A stretch of DNA of 64,000 nt from assembly GCA_023213395.1 (NCBI GenBank), contig CM041465.1:50475741-50539740 (forward strand). Direction: 5' to 3'. Made by a program: the position numbers and the translations under genes. This DNA is from Cycas panzhihuaensis. Taxonomy: Eukaryota > Plantae > Cycadophyta. Shown here in pieces: positions 63,654 to 64,000 of the stretch (position 1 is the stretch's first letter; every line of letters starts with the position of its first letter). The notes under the pieces were generated by a model that was given only the letters and a program-made list of their open reading frames with translations, had not been told where the DNA came from and searched no databases.

Positions 63654-64000
63654 TCTTTGAGTCACACTTTACTTCATCACATTTATTGATGAGTTTTCAT
63701 ACAAGGTGTGGGTCTACTTTCTTAAACATAAATTAGAAGCTTTCACCAAGTTTAAAGAATTTAAGCTTGTAGTTGAAAAAGAGTTGGACATGTAGATCAA
63801 GGTTCTTAGGTTTGACAATGGTGGCGAATATGCCTTTAAGGAGTTCAACTAGTTTTGCACTCATCATGGCATTTAATGATAATTTTCTGCCCAACATACA
63901 CCTTAGTAGAATGGTGTAATAGAATGCATGAACCAAACACTTGTTAGCAAAGCTAAGGCCATGATGCAAATGAATGGTCTTTCTCAAACCTACGCAGAAA

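Larger units (their letters stand above)
60363..64000 (+). mobile_element. Decayed Ty1/Copia (gag-PR-IN), running off the window end
   Basis: Degenerate PBS at ~60363, gag SSNEAWEIVTSLY, knuckle CHYCGKIGHIQPEC, WVVDLGA protease, LWHERLCHLN, LVHSDSCGPM; integrase resumes at 63654 (FITFIDEFS..LRFDNGGEY). Confidence 0.85.

Overview
This window is intergenic plant DNA made almost entirely of nested LTR retrotransposons. It is AT-rich and C->T decayed, and probably comes from a large-genome land plant such as a gymnosperm (inference). I see no intact host gene, rRNA, tRNA or CRISPR array. Left third: four decayed Ty3/Gypsy chromovirus (Reina-like) copies, with an LTR-less Copia (2509-8640), a complete short-LTR Copia (11773-16981) and a non-autonomous LTR element (23127-28047) inserted into them. 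28377-59907 is a nest up to four levels deep. It holds several non-autonomous or gag-only elements, an old complete Copia (33341-39312) and a very young Copia (48044-55868; LTRs differ at 1 of 367 nt). The right end is a decayed Copia interrupted by a LINE fragment. Four observations stand out. (1) A multi-domain RNA structure of roughly 0.55-0.8 kb, with several compensatory base-pair changes, is conserved in the long 5' leaders of two diverged Copia elements (candidate IRES or packaging element). (2) In at least five different LTR families the polypurine tract sits in the loop of a family-specific stem formed between the pre-PPT sequence and U3 of the 3' LTR. (3) A 40S ribosomal protein uS5/RPS2 fragment has been captured in a gag-only element. 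(4) A non-autonomous element carries a single-frame Gag-N/acidic/RNase H-C chimeric ORF. All alignments and folds were done by eye.
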